From NCBI GenBank assembly GCA_031421835.1, contig JANOPL010000038.1, positions 1,972-65,971 on the forward strand: a DNA stretch of 64,000 nt, in the 5' to 3' direction. The notes beneath the pieces were generated by a model. That model was given only the letters and a program-made list of their open reading frames with translations, was not told the origin of the DNA and did not search any database. The stretch comes from Hyphomicrobiales bacterium. GTDB lineage: Bacteria; Pseudomonadota; Alphaproteobacteria; Rhizobiales; Aestuariivirgaceae. Positions within the stretch are counted from its first letter, which is position 1; the number at the start of each line of letters is the position of its first letter. Both the position numbers and the translations under genes were made by a program. Shown here one piece after another: positions 1 to 10,015 of this stretch.

Positions 1-197
1 CCATTGGGGTGAATGACAATGTTGATCTCACCATTCGTTCCTGTGGCAACACACTTGCTGAATTCCTGAGCGTTGACCGTCTGGAAATTTGAGGCTGGAT
101 AGGCAGTTGGCATATCCCACTTTTCAGCAGCATTTGCGGCTGGCACCATCGGTGTGATCATGAGAACTGCGGGGATAAGTGACTTCAAGCGTTTCAT
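1..197 (-). CDS. TRAP transporter substrate-binding protein (DctP family), N-terminal part only; runs off the window edge
   Basis: Manual translation from ATG at 197: MKRLKSLIPAVLMITPMVPAANAEKWDMPTAYPASNFQTVNAQEFSKCVATGTNGEINIVIHPN. This is a signal peptide followed by the typical DctP start KWDMPTAYP. Confidence 0.8.
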   Translation of the reverse strand, partial: MKRLKSLIPAVLMITPMVPAANAAEKWDMPTAYPASNFQTVNAQEFSKCVATGTNGEINIVIHPN

Positions 198-375
198 TTG
201 TTCCGGCCTATCTGCTTCAAACGTGTTCCACCCCCCATCGTCGGCGCAGCCGGCAATCGGGGACAAGTTCCAAATTTCCAACACACTAAGTCGAAACCTG
301 TTAAAATGAGGTTGGCATCTTCTGCGTGACGTGATGTTGACAACTAAATTTCTGAACTTTTAGAGTGACTGGTTA

Positions 376-1122
376 ATGAAACACTTCGATGAGTCAGTGC
401 GCAACAGCGCCTTGTCTGCATTCCACTCCGCTGTTTCATGGTCGCGCTCGCCGGCCTCGGGAATTTCAGTCGCCGCTATTACAGACAACTTTACGTTTGA
501 TGTTTCCGATCTGAGCACGGCCTTGTCTGTGGGTGAACGTAAGAAGGCCTCTGCGATCGCTGACCCAAATGAAAAACGTCACTATGTATTCAAGCGCTGC
601 TTTCAACGCATGTTCGTTAAAACGGTTTTGAATTGGATGGGGCCTCTTGATGGTCTTGAGATCGAACATCAGTTGGACCGACCACCCAATTGCCCACATG
701 CGCCAGACTTGCAGTTATCGTTTTCATCAAGCGGATTTTCGGCAGTCGCTTGCGCATCACGAACCCGTGCTGTTGGAATTGATGTTGAGCACCACCGCGC
801 TATTGAAAACGTGGGAGCATTGGCGCGCCGATTCTTCACACCGACTGAGGCAGAGATGATCACGGAATTACCCCCTGCCGACCAAAATCTTGCATTTCTG
901 AGGCTATGGACCGCAAAAGAGGCAGGGCTGAAAGCCATCGGCCGAGGTATCGTATCGGGATTGAACAGTCTTGTTCTGTCATCCGAAGGATATCGCTATA
1001 ATTTTGAAATTGTTGAAGAATTTAAGATGTCTACAGCGTGGAGCTGCATTCATTTGACTTTTATGCCGCACCACATCGTAACAGTTGTACACAGCCCCGA
1101 AAAATCGCTTCACATTCCTTGA
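376..1122 (+). CDS. 4'-phosphopantetheinyl transferase, Sfp/AcpT type
   Basis: VGIDVE and FLRLWTAKEAGLKAIGRG motifs. Confidence 0.9.
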   Translation: MKHFDESVRNSALSAFHSAVSWSRSPASGISVAAITDNFTFDVSDLSTALSVGERKKASAIADPNEKRHYVFKRCFQRMFVKTVLNWMGPLDGLEIEHQLDRPPNCPHAPDLQLSFSSSGFSAVACASRTRAVGIDVEHHRAIENVGALARRFFTPTEAEMITELPPADQNLAFLRLWTAKEAGLKAIGRGIVSGLNSLVLSSEGYRYNFEIVEEFKMSTAWSCIHLTFMPHHIVTVVHSPEKSLHIP

Positions 1123-1172
1123 ACCACCCTCTTCACTGCTTTACGAGGCGTTAACCAAATAGAGGTTTGTGG

Positions 1173-1865
1173 ATGCTCTGGCGTGGGTTGCTGTTGTTGG
1201 CTGTGTGTGGAGCTTGCGTCGTGTCTGTCGCGAGCGCTGCTGATCTGCCAGCATATCATCCAAAGCAAACCAAGGTTACAATTCAAAAAAAGCCAAAGCC
1301 TAAGATGACGTCTGCGGAAAAACCGGCTGTTGTGAAGACCAAGCCTGCGCGTGTGAAAACAGCTACCAAAGTTCCGCAGACTGACGTTCAATCGGGTAGC
1401 GAAGAAGTCAGTTTGACTTGGTACCTTGACCCTTTGGTTGCCAATTCTGATGGTGTCAAACGTGAAGACTCTGCCAGCGTTGAAACGAATTTGATTGTGC
1501 CGCAACCTGCCAGCATTTCAAACCCCACCATGATCATTGAACTGACGGGTCATGTTGTTAAAACGATAAAAACCACAGCAAGGCTTGATATTCGATTTGG
1601 TAAAACGTACCACACTGTCTCATGGACATCTGACGACATCAAAGCGGGGAAATTCAAGATTTCGCTGAGGGAGCCAATGCTGGTGGGCGCACTGCCAGAT
1701 TATTACCCGGTTTCCGCCTTGGCGTTCGTAACCAAGGATGGCACGGACGGAGCCGCCATGATATCGCTTGAGAAGGTCGTGGTCCGATTGGGCGCAGCAG
1801 ACGCTGCCCAAGCGCAAAAAGACCCGGCCACCTCAGAGGTTACCGGGTCAATATCCGAAGATTAA
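1173..1865 (+). CDS. Hypothetical secreted protein with a Lys/Pro-rich linker
   Basis: ATG at 1173 follows an AGAGG RBS; hydrophobic signal peptide ending VASA-A; no family recognised. Confidence 0.65.
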   Translation: MLWRGLLLLAVCGACVVSVASAADLPAYHPKQTKVTIQKKPKPKMTSAEKPAVVKTKPARVKTATKVPQTDVQSGSEEVSLTWYLDPLVANSDGVKREDSASVETNLIVPQPASISNPTMIIELTGHVVKTIKTTARLDIRFGKTYHTVSWTSDDIKAGKFKISLREPMLVGALPDYYPVSALAFVTKDGTDGAAMISLEKVVVRLGAADAAQAQKDPATSEVTGSISED

Positions 1866-1875
1866 ATATTCAGGA

Positions 1876-2331
1876 TCAGGTCAGTGGCTTGAATGACTGG
1901 CGTACAAACAAGCGCCAGCGGCCGTCTTCTTTCTTCCAGGTTTGAACAATACTCAACAGGAAGTTCTGATCTTTGCCTTGGAAGAACACGTCAGCATCAA
2001 ATGTATGTCGCGCAATGGCCAAATCACCGGATACCCGAATGCTGTGGTCATAAAGCTTAATGGCGTGGAACACTTCCACCTTGTCCACCACGGTTTTCAC
2101 AAATTCCACTTTTGTCTGCACAACGCCGTTGGCATGTCCAAACGACATATCGTCAGCAGACATTTCCAGCAACCGGGCGCCGTTGCCGTCTACCATGGCT
2201 TTGCGATATTCTTCAATTGCTGCAAGCACATCACCGGTGCTGTCGGCCAAGGCCGGAGTGCTTCCAGCTGATGCAACAATCCCAGCGAGCATGGCCAATG
2301 AACCGCGCCAAGCCAAATCACGTCTATTCAT
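1876..2331 (-). CDS. NTF2-like/DUF4440 family protein with a Tat-like signal
   Basis: Start reassigned to ATG 2331 (MNRRDLAW...ALA). DMSFGHANG...QTKVEF and WKKEDGRWRL are typical of DUF4440. Confidence 0.75.
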   Translation of the reverse strand: MNRRDLAWRGSLAMLAGIVASAGSTPALADSTGDVLAAIEEYRKAMVDGNGARLLEMSADDMSFGHANGVVQTKVEFVKTVVDKVEVFHAIKLYDHSIRVSGDLAIARHTFDADVFFQGKDQNFLLSIVQTWKKEDGRWRLFVRQSFKPLT

Positions 2332-2512
2332 CGTTTCCAGTCCTTCCAACTCAGTTGGATGAAGAAATAGCGAGGACCAGTTAAGGTCTGGTAAATCTGC
2401 GGCTCGCGTAGCGCACTGTTTGCGCGTGCGTCTCATCCACGGGGCTGTATTCCTCCCGCAATTCCTGCCAATGACTCTTGGGAGCCACAACTGAAACGGA
2501 AAAAACAACAGT

Positions 2513-3604
2513 ATGTCCACCAATCTGCCCATGGTGCGCTTTGACAGAGTTCAAAAAAGCTATGATGGCGAAACACTCGTCGTTAAAAATCTCAATCTCG
2601 AGATTTCCAAAGGTGAGTTTTTGACGATGTTGGGGCCTTCTGGGTCTGGCAAAACAACAACTCTCATGATGTTGGCCGGATTTGAAACGGCAACCCATGG
2701 CGAAATCAGCCTGGCTGGAAAGCCCATCAACCTCGTTGCTCCACACAAGCGGGGCATTGGCATGGTCTTTCAAAACTACGCACTCTTTCCACACATGACC
2801 GTCGGCGAGAATTTGGCCTTTCCGCTGGAAGTGCGAGGAATGAACAGGGCCGACCGCGAGGCTAAAATCAAACGCGCTTTGGATATGGTGCAGATGGACA
2901 GTTTTGCCAGCCGGCGCACCACCCAACTATCAGGCGGTCAACAACAACGCATTGCGCTGGCTCGCGCACTCGTGTTCGATCCTCAACTGGTCTTGATGGA
3001 CGAACCCTTGGGTGCCCTCGACAAGCAACTGCGAGAACACATGCAATTTGAAATCAAACACTTGCATGATCGTTTGGGAGTTACAGTTGTTTATGTAACT
3101 CATGATCAAGGAGAAGCTCTTACCATGTCAGACCGGATTGCAGTGTTCAACGATGGCATCATCCAGCAGTTGGCCACCCCGGCTGATCTTTATGAGCGCC
3201 CTGAAAACAGCTTTGTTGCCGGCTTCATTGGTGAGAATAATAAACTGCCGGGTGTGGTTGAAGACATTTCGGCCGGGCGTTGCCTGGTGAAATTGGCCAC
3301 AGGCGAAGTGATTGATGCAACGCCGGTCAACGTAAGTCAAAAAGGCCAGAAAACGCTCGTATCCATCAGGCCTGAACGGGTTGAACATCAAAGTATCAAT
3401 GCACCAAGGTCCGCCCACGTGATAGATGCAGAGGTTTTGGAGTTCATTTACATGGGTGATGTTTTTCGCACGCGATTGCGCGTTGCAGGTTCAAATGACT
3501 TCGTAATGAAAAACAAAAATGCCCAGGGCGAAGCGCCACTTCGCCCGGGTCAGAAGATCAAGGTTGGCTGGCACCCTTCGGATGCGCGCGCACTCGACCC
3601 TTGA
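2513..3604 (+). CDS. potA: Polyamine-family ABC transporter ATP-binding protein
   Basis: Walker A GPSGSGKT, LSGGQQQR signature, Walker B LMDEP, C-terminal TOBE domain. Confidence 0.9.
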   Translation: MSTNLPMVRFDRVQKSYDGETLVVKNLNLEISKGEFLTMLGPSGSGKTTTLMMLAGFETATHGEISLAGKPINLVAPHKRGIGMVFQNYALFPHMTVGENLAFPLEVRGMNRADREAKIKRALDMVQMDSFASRRTTQLSGGQQQRIALARALVFDPQLVLMDEPLGALDKQLREHMQFEIKHLHDRLGVTVVYVTHDQGEALTMSDRIAVFNDGIIQQLATPADLYERPENSFVAGFIGENNKLPGVVEDISAGRCLVKLATGEVIDATPVNVSQKGQKTLVSIRPERVEHQSINAPRSAHVIDAEVLEFIYMGDVFRTRLRVAGSNDFVMKNKNAQGEAPLRPGQKIKVGWHPSDARALDP

Positions 3605-3676
3605 AAGCAGCATCTGGCATTTTGGCCGGGAGCCAGAGAAATAAGACAATTGGAATGAAAACATAGGGAGATAAAA

Positions 3677-4756
3677 ATGAAGAAACTACTGATACTTTCA
3701 ACGGCACTGGCAGGCTTTGCTGTGCAAGCCCATGCCGCTGAATTGACTGTCATGTCATGGGGCGGAGCCTATGGAGCAGCCCAAACTGAGGCCCACGTGA
3801 AGCCTTGGGCCGCCAAGAGTGGCTTTGCCGCCAAGATGGTAGACAATGATAACCCTGCTCAACCCATCAAAGCGCAGGTTGAAGCGGGCAACGTCACGGT
3901 GGACGTGGCTTCGGTCGAATATGCAGATGCTATTCGTCTCTGCGATGAAGGTGTTCTGGAGAAGATCGACATGGCTTTGTTGCCCGCAGGCAATGACGGA
4001 ATTGCAGCAAAGGACGACTTCCTTCCCGGTGCTGTGACCGAATGCGGCGTATCGACAGATATTTGGGCTAATGTTTATGGCTATGACTCAACAAAGCTGA
4101 GCGGAGACAAAGCGCCCAAAACAGCCGCTGATTTTTACGACCTCGGCAAATTTCCCGGAAAGCGGGGATTGCGCAAAGGCGCAAAGGGTAATCTTGAGTT
4201 CGCATTGATTGCCGATGGCGTGCCAGCTGCTGACGTCTACAAGACTTTATCGACGCCGGAAGGCGTTGACCGTGCATTCAAGAAAATGGACACCATTAAA
4301 AAAGACGTGGTGTGGTGGGAAGCTGGCGCCCAGCCTCCGCAGCTGCTCGCCGACGGCGAAGTGGTGTTGACTACAGCTTACAATGGCCGCCTTTTTAATG
4401 CTGCAATCGGTGAAGGCAAGCCATTCCAAATCGTTTGGGATGGTCAAGTCTATGAAAACGAAATGTATGTCATCCCAAAGGGCGCTCCGAACATGGAGAA
4501 AGCCAAGGAGTTCATCGCCTATGCAACATCAACGGATGGTCTGAGGGCGCAAGCGCAGCACATTTCATACGGCCCGGCCCGCAAGTCGTCCATGAAAGAC
4601 AAACTGATGTTCAAGGACGGCAAGACTGAAATGGCGTCTCACCTTCCAACGGCTGAAGCCAATTTGACGAATGCGCTCTTGTCGGATTTCCAGTTCTGGG
4701 TTGATCGTGACGCTGAGCTGAACGAACGCTTCAATGCTTGGTTGGCTTCAAACTAA
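3677..4756 (+). CDS. potD: Polyamine-family ABC transporter substrate-binding protein
   Basis: Signal peptide, SWGGAYG motif, WWEAGAQPPQLLADGEV, position in the operon. Confidence 0.8.
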   Translation: MKKLLILSTALAGFAVQAHAAELTVMSWGGAYGAAQTEAHVKPWAAKSGFAAKMVDNDNPAQPIKAQVEAGNVTVDVASVEYADAIRLCDEGVLEKIDMALLPAGNDGIAAKDDFLPGAVTECGVSTDIWANVYGYDSTKLSGDKAPKTAADFYDLGKFPGKRGLRKGAKGNLEFALIADGVPAADVYKTLSTPEGVDRAFKKMDTIKKDVVWWEAGAQPPQLLADGEVVLTTAYNGRLFNAAIGEGKPFQIVWDGQVYENEMYVIPKGAPNMEKAKEFIAYATSTDGLRAQAQHISYGPARKSSMKDKLMFKDGKTEMASHLPTAEANLTNALLSDFQFWVDRDAELNERFNAWLASN

Positions 4757-4802
4757 CACATTCATGCCGGGTGCCTGGTTATTTTCATTCTAGGGTTGAT
4801 CA

Positions 4803-6044
4803 GTGACAACACAACCGCTCCAAACAGCTGACGGTACGCCGCTTAAAGTGGCATTGGCCCGGGCTCAACGCCGCGCCAAGCTGCGCGCGTTCTTGCTTGT
4901 GTTTCCACTGCTAGCCTTTGTGGTGCTGAGTTTCATCGTTCCAATTTTTCAAATGTTGGAACGGTCGGCTTACAACACAATGTTTTCCAAGAATGCGCCA
5001 ACCCTTGCACAATGGTTCAGCGAACATCCGCAAGGGTCTGAGATTGACGAGTCGGCCTATGTCGCGCTGGTCTCTGATCTTGCCGCCATGCAGAAGGCCA
5101 AAACCTCAGGCGAGGCAGGGCTACGCATCAATTTCACTTTTCCAGGCACCGTGTCGCTGTTCAAGGCTGGTGGGCGTGAAGCAGAGAAACTGCAACCGCC
5201 TTTCAAAGACAAGATGGTGGCTCTCAATCCCCTTTGGGGTGAGGCACGGTTGTGGGCTTCACTCCGCACCGCCTCATCATCCTGGTCCACAGACTTTTAC
5301 ATGGCGTCGAGTGACAGAAGACGCGCAGCTGATGGAGATATTGAACGCGTTGTGCCTGAACAACGCATCTACGTTTATCTCTTCATCAAGACGTTCATCC
5401 TCTCAGGTTTGATCACGTTCATTTGTCTGCTGTTGGCCTTTCCAATTTCGCACTTGCTGGCCACCTTGCCCACGGCAAGAGCAAACCTGCTGATGATCCT
5501 TGTACTGCTGCCCTTCTGGTCATCACTCCTGGTGCGCACAACGTCCTGGATGGCCTTGCTTCAACAACAAGGTGTTGTGAACGATGCGCTTGTGGCAATC
5601 GGGTTGCTTGCGGATGAAAGCCGCATCCCAATGATCTACAACCAGACTGGCACAATCATCGTGATGACGCATATTCTGCTGCCTTTCATGGTTTTGCCGC
5701 TGTACTCTATCATGCGCGTGATCCCGCCAAGCTATGCCCGTGCGGCCCGTTCGCTGGGTGCTTCAAGCTGGACGACATTCCGCCGCATCTACTTGCCCCA
5801 AACCTTGCCGGGCATTGCGGCAGGCTCGCTTCTCGTTTTCATTCTGGCGGTAGGTTACTACATCACACCAGCCTTGGTCGGTGGGGCGGACGGTCAGCTA
5901 ATCTCGAATTTGATTGCGTTCCACATGAGTAAATCGAATTGGTCGATGGCTGCGGCCCTTGCAGCGATTTTGCTGGCTGCTGTTCTGATACTCTATTGGC
6001 TCTATGACAGACTGATCGGTATCGATCGTCTGAAATTCGGATGA
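4803..6044 (+). CDS. potB: Polyamine-family ABC permease
   Basis: LLPFWSSLLVRT and EAA-like RAARSLGA motifs; multiple TM segments. Confidence 0.85.
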   Translation: MTTQPLQTADGTPLKVALARAQRRAKLRAFLLVFPLLAFVVLSFIVPIFQMLERSAYNTMFSKNAPTLAQWFSEHPQGSEIDESAYVALVSDLAAMQKAKTSGEAGLRINFTFPGTVSLFKAGGREAEKLQPPFKDKMVALNPLWGEARLWASLRTASSSWSTDFYMASSDRRRAADGDIERVVPEQRIYVYLFIKTFILSGLITFICLLLAFPISHLLATLPTARANLLMILVLLPFWSSLLVRTTSWMALLQQQGVVNDALVAIGLLADESRIPMIYNQTGTIIVMTHILLPFMVLPLYSIMRVIPPSYARAARSLGASSWTTFRRIYLPQTLPGIAAGSLLVFILAVGYYITPALVGGADGQLISNLIAFHMSKSNWSMAAALAAILLAAVLILYWLYDRLIGIDRLKFG

Positions 6045-6048
6045 CCTG

Positions 6049-7023
6049 ATGGCCCTTCCAGCCTACACCACACCCCTCGAGCGCATCTGGCATTACGTCT
6101 ACAAGGCTATTTGCGTGGCCGTCTTCATCTTCTTGATCGCACCGATCCTGATTGTTGTTCCACTGTCTTTCAATGTTGAACCCTATTTCAGCTTTACCAA
6201 AGCCATGCTGGAGTTTGACCCCGCCGGTTATTCTCTGCGCTGGTACGATACTCTGTTGACCTTCGGGCTAAATGCGCCGGAAGATGCGGTGCGTGATGGT
6301 TCGTGGTGGGGCCAAGTCTGGCGCGAAGCCACTTGGGTCCGTGCGGCCAAAAATTCAATCTGGATCGGATTCTGGGCAACGCTGCTTGCCACGGTACTTG
6401 GCACTGTTGCCGCCTTGGGATTATCGCGACCTGAAATGCCCTATCGACGCTTGATCATGGCACTGCTGATTTCGCCAATGATTGTTCCAGTCATCATCAT
6501 CGCCACAGGTCTGTTCTTTGCTTATTCAGCCGCCTGCATTCCAAACGACAATGCACTGGGTGCACTGCTGGCCCCCTTCCTGTCGCCCAAGGGTTGCCTT
6601 GCCAATACTTATCTCGGCGTCATTCTCGCCCATGCCATGCTGGGCATTCCGTTTGTCATTATTACCGTCACAGCAACGCTTACAGGATTTGATCAATCCT
6701 TGATCAGGGCGGCGGCGTCACTTGGCGCAACTCCTTCGCAAACATTCTTTAAGGTGATCATGCCACTAATTTTGCCAGGCATTATTTCGGGTGCATTGTT
6801 TGCCTTCGTCACATCTTTTGATGAGGTGGTTGCGGTGTTGTACATTGCTGGACCTGACCAACAAACCATTCCCCGCCAAATGTGGAACGGGATTCGCGAG
6901 GCCATCAGCCCCGCCATTCTCTCGGTCGCGACGATACTTGTCGTTGTTTCAATATGCTTACTGTCGACGGTTGAATTGTTGCGACGACGCACTGAGAAAC
7001 TGCGTGGCGTCAAACCGATCTAG
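6049..7023 (+). CDS. potC: Polyamine-family ABC permease
   Basis: RAAASLGA, FVTSFDEVV, QTIPRQMW motifs. Confidence 0.85.
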   Translation: MALPAYTTPLERIWHYVYKAICVAVFIFLIAPILIVVPLSFNVEPYFSFTKAMLEFDPAGYSLRWYDTLLTFGLNAPEDAVRDGSWWGQVWREATWVRAAKNSIWIGFWATLLATVLGTVAALGLSRPEMPYRRLIMALLISPMIVPVIIIATGLFFAYSAACIPNDNALGALLAPFLSPKGCLANTYLGVILAHAMLGIPFVIITVTATLTGFDQSLIRAAASLGATPSQTFFKVIMPLILPGIISGALFAFVTSFDEVVAVLYIAGPDQQTIPRQMWNGIREAISPAILSVATILVVVSICLLSTVELLRRRTEKLRGVKPI

Positions 7024-7026
7024 GCT

Positions 7027-7476
7027 TTAGTCTTCTGCAATATCCTCGGCCCAAAGCTCTGGTTTTTCCTTGATGAAGCGCGTCATCAGGGCAATGCATT
7101 CCGGGTCGTTGGCCACAATCACTTCCACACCACGAGACCGCAGAAAATCTTCGTTGCCGCCAAATGTCGTGTTCTCGCCGATAACAACACGGGGGATGCT
7201 GAATTGTATGATCGTGCCCGTGCACATCATGCAAGGACTCAGCGACGTATAAAGTGTTGTGTCGCGATAGGTTTTCTGGCGTCCCGCTTTACGAAGTGCG
7301 TCCATCTCACCATGTGCAATCGGATCACCACCTTGAACCCGTTGATTGCGGCCTTTTGAAACCAATTGCTCGCCACGCGCCAACACTGATCCGATGGGGC
7401 AACCGCCTTCATCGAAACCCGCTTTCGCCTCATCATAGGCTTCACGTAAAAAACGCTTGTCGGTGGCGGTGAGCAT
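7027..7476 (-). CDS. Zn-dependent nucleoside/cytosine deaminase (yeast FCY1-like fold)
   Basis: HGE and SPCMMC zinc-binding motifs. Confidence 0.85.
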   Translation of the reverse strand: MLTATDKRFLREAYDEAKAGFDEGGCPIGSVLARGEQLVSKGRNQRVQGGDPIAHGEMDALRKAGRQKTYRDTTLYTSLSPCMMCTGTIIQFSIPRVVIGENTTFGGNEDFLRSRGVEVIVANDPECIALMTRFIKEKPELWAEDIAED

Positions 7477-7523
7477 ATTTCAACTCCAGTAGAAGTGTCT
7501 AAAAACCCAGCATTGTCAGACGA

Positions 7524-9227
7524 CTAATCGAGGATTGCATTTGCCACAATAGATGCCCCTCGGATTGTGGCTTGTGCGGCGGCCAGCGCTGTTGGCAATT
7601 CGACTACGATGTAGTGTCGCGCATCAGTTTCGGCTTCAGATTGCAGCTCGCCGCCTCGTGCAAACTCTGAGGCTTTTGCCAAGTAAGCTGCAGCAATGAA
7701 TGCAGCGAGGGCGCGCGTATAAAACGTTGCAGCGGAAAGTGCGTTTGCATTGTCGAGTTGCTTGAGCTGCATCGTCAATGATTGCATCTCGGCAGTCAGA
7801 CGAGCGGCGACACTGTCCCCCGCAATCATGGCCAGCGATGGTTGGCAAGCCAAAAGCATTTCTGCGAGCGCATGACCATTATCCAAGTTCAGCTTCCGGG
7901 TGACGAGGTCAATGGCTTGAATACCGTTGGTTCCCTCATAGATCGGCAAGATGCGCGCATCGCGGTAATATTGAGCGACCCCGGTTTCTTCAACAAAGCC
8001 CATGCCGCCATGCACCTGAATGGCTGTTGAAGTGACTTCAACGGCAATGTCCGTGGCATAGGATTTCGCCAGAGGTGTAAGCAAAGATGCGCAAGACATC
8101 GCCTTCCTTCTTCCCTCCTCATCTTCGGCGCGGGAACTGGCGTCGATCGCGTTGGCAGTCGCCATGCACAGCATCCGGGCGGCGGCGGTTTTGGCCCGCA
8201 TCTCAATCAACATGCGTTTGACATCAGGGTGATGGATGATTGGGCTTGATCCTTCACTTCCTGGAAGACGCCCTTGTTTTCGTTCGGCAGCAAACAAAAA
8301 TGCCGCCTGCATTGCCCGTGATGCAAGAGCCACGCCCTGTACCGCCACAAGCGCGCGGGCATTGTTCATCATTGTGAACATGCAATTCAGACCGCGGTTT
8401 TCTTCGCCAACCAACCAGCCTTGGGCACCGCCATTGTCGCCATAGACCATGGTGCAGGTGGGTGAGGCGTGGATGCCCATTTTGTGTTCAAGCGAATGAC
8501 AGCGAAGATCATTTCGGGTTCCATCGGGCAAAAACTTCGGAACCAAAAATAACGAAATGCCTTTGGTGCCTGCCGGAGCATCCTCCAGTCGCGCCAGAAC
8601 CAGATGCACAATGTTTGACGTCAGTTCGTGGTCACCATAGGTAATGTAAATTTTGTTACCCGTGATGAAGTAGCTGCCGTCTTCAGAGCGCCTTGCCTTG
8701 CAGCGGAGATGTGACAGATCAGAGCCCGATTGAGGTTCTGTCAGGTTCATGGTGCCTGACCACTCTCCAGAAACCAGCTTGGGCAGATACCTCTGTTTCA
8801 ATTCTTCTGTGGCATGAGCAGAGATGGCTTCGATGGCGCCCGTCGTCAACAATGGACAAAGGGCAAATGACAAACACGCCGCATTCCAAATCTCAGTGCA
8901 GGCCGCTGATAGCACAAACGGCAAGCCTTGGCCGTCAAAGCGCAGCGGCCCCGTCAGGCTGTTCCAGCCGCCGGCGCACCAGTCCACATAAGTCTCACGC
9001 CAACCCGGCGGTGTGATGACTTTATCTTCAACAAGTCTTGCTGGAGCTTGATCACCTATCCAATTCAGTGGTGCCATACGCTCGGCAGCAAACCTGCCCG
9101 CTTCATCCAGAATGACTTGCGCATCAGAGGGGGACAGATCGCTGTAAATACTTTCGCCAAGATTACCTGCCGTTTGCATGGCAAGAAGAATGCGAGAAAC
9201 AGGGGGTTTGTAAGTCATCGAAATCAC
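7524..9227 (-). CDS. dmdC: Acyl-CoA dehydrogenase, DmdC-like (3-methylmercaptopropionyl-CoA dehydrogenase)
   Basis: GTMNLTEPQSGSDL, KMGIHASPT, QVHGGMGF and IYEGTNGIQA motifs; GTGA overlap with the upstream crotonase. The dmdC name relies on operon context. Confidence 0.75.
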   Translation of the reverse strand: MISMTYKPPVSRILLAMQTAGNLGESIYSDLSPSDAQVILDEAGRFAAERMAPLNWIGDQAPARLVEDKVITPPGWRETYVDWCAGGWNSLTGPLRFDGQGLPFVLSAACTEIWNAACLSFALCPLLTTGAIEAISAHATEELKQRYLPKLVSGEWSGTMNLTEPQSGSDLSHLRCKARRSEDGSYFITGNKIYITYGDHELTSNIVHLVLARLEDAPAGTKGISLFLVPKFLPDGTRNDLRCHSLEHKMGIHASPTCTMVYGDNGGAQGWLVGEENRGLNCMFTMMNNARALVAVQGVALASRAMQAAFLFAAERKQGRLPGSEGSSPIIHHPDVKRMLIEMRAKTAAARMLCMATANAIDASSRAEDEEGRRKAMSCASLLTPLAKSYATDIAVEVTSTAIQVHGGMGFVEETGVAQYYRDARILPIYEGTNGIQAIDLVTRKLNLDNGHALAEMLLACQPSLAMIAGDSVAARLTAEMQSLTMQLKQLDNANALSAATFYTRALAAFIAAAYLAKASEFARGGELQSEAETDARHYIVVELPTALAAAQATIRGASIVANAILD

Positions 9228-10015
9228 CCTGCTCCAGGCTCAAGGCGTTTGGTTTTCTTGGTGAAAAATGCCTCCAGTCTTTCCTTGATGTCCGGATTGG
9301 TATGCACGGCCATCGCCAGCAGACCTTCGGCAAATAGCCCGTCAGTTGTCGACATATCGTTGATACGGGCGATGCCGGTTGTAATGGCGAAATTTGTGGT
9401 TGGTGGATGTGTCGCCACTTGTGCCGCAAGCGCCTTGGCTTTGGCAAGCGCCTCGCCGGATCCGACGACCTCGTGACATAGTCCGATATCCAATCCGCGC
9501 TGCGCATCATAGGTGCGGGCTGATAACATCATGTCGACCATGCGCGCGGGCGTTATGATGCGGGCGACACGCACCGTAGCGCCGCCACCCGTAAAAATAC
9601 CGCGCTGTCCCTCGGGCAAAGCAAAAAATGTCGATGGGTCAGCAATGCGCACATGGGTTGCCGCTGCTAGTTCAAGACCACCTCCAACAACGGCTCCCTG
9701 TAGTGCTGCAATCACGGGAATGCCGCTGAATTGAATGATGTCGAAGGTCCGATGCCACGTTTGACACAAAGACAAGAATTCCAGTGGCGTGCGATCTTTG
9801 TCATAATGCTCGCGCAAATCGAGGCCGGCGCAAAAATGTGCACCCTTGGCCGCCAACACAAAACTGCGCGTGCCCGCAGGTGGCTTTTGGAACACATCTG
9901 CGATTTCCTGCAGCATGACTTCATTGATGGCATTGCGGACATTCTCGCGCGCCAGCGTGACGATGGTCACAGCACCTTCGGTTTCTACAGTGATATATTT
10001 TTGCGTCATGTTCAA
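9224..10015 (-). CDS. dmdD: Crotonase-family hydratase, DmdD-like (methylthioacryloyl-CoA hydratase)
   Basis: HFCAGLDLREH, AVVGGGLELA, FALPEGQRGIFTGGGAT and TNFAI closely match the Ruegeria pomeroyi DmdD sequence as I recall it. Confidence 0.8.
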   Translation of the reverse strand: MNMTQKYITVETEGAVTIVTLARENVRNAINEVMLQEIADVFQKPPAGTRSFVLAAKGAHFCAGLDLREHYDKDRTPLEFLSLCQTWHRTFDIIQFSGIPVIAALQGAVVGGGLELAAATHVRIADPSTFFALPEGQRGIFTGGGATVRVARIITPARMVDMMLSARTYDAQRGLDIGLCHEVVGSGEALAKAKALAAQVATHPPTTNFAITTGIARINDMSTTDGLFAEGLLAMAVHTNPDIKERLEAFFTKKTKRLEPGAG

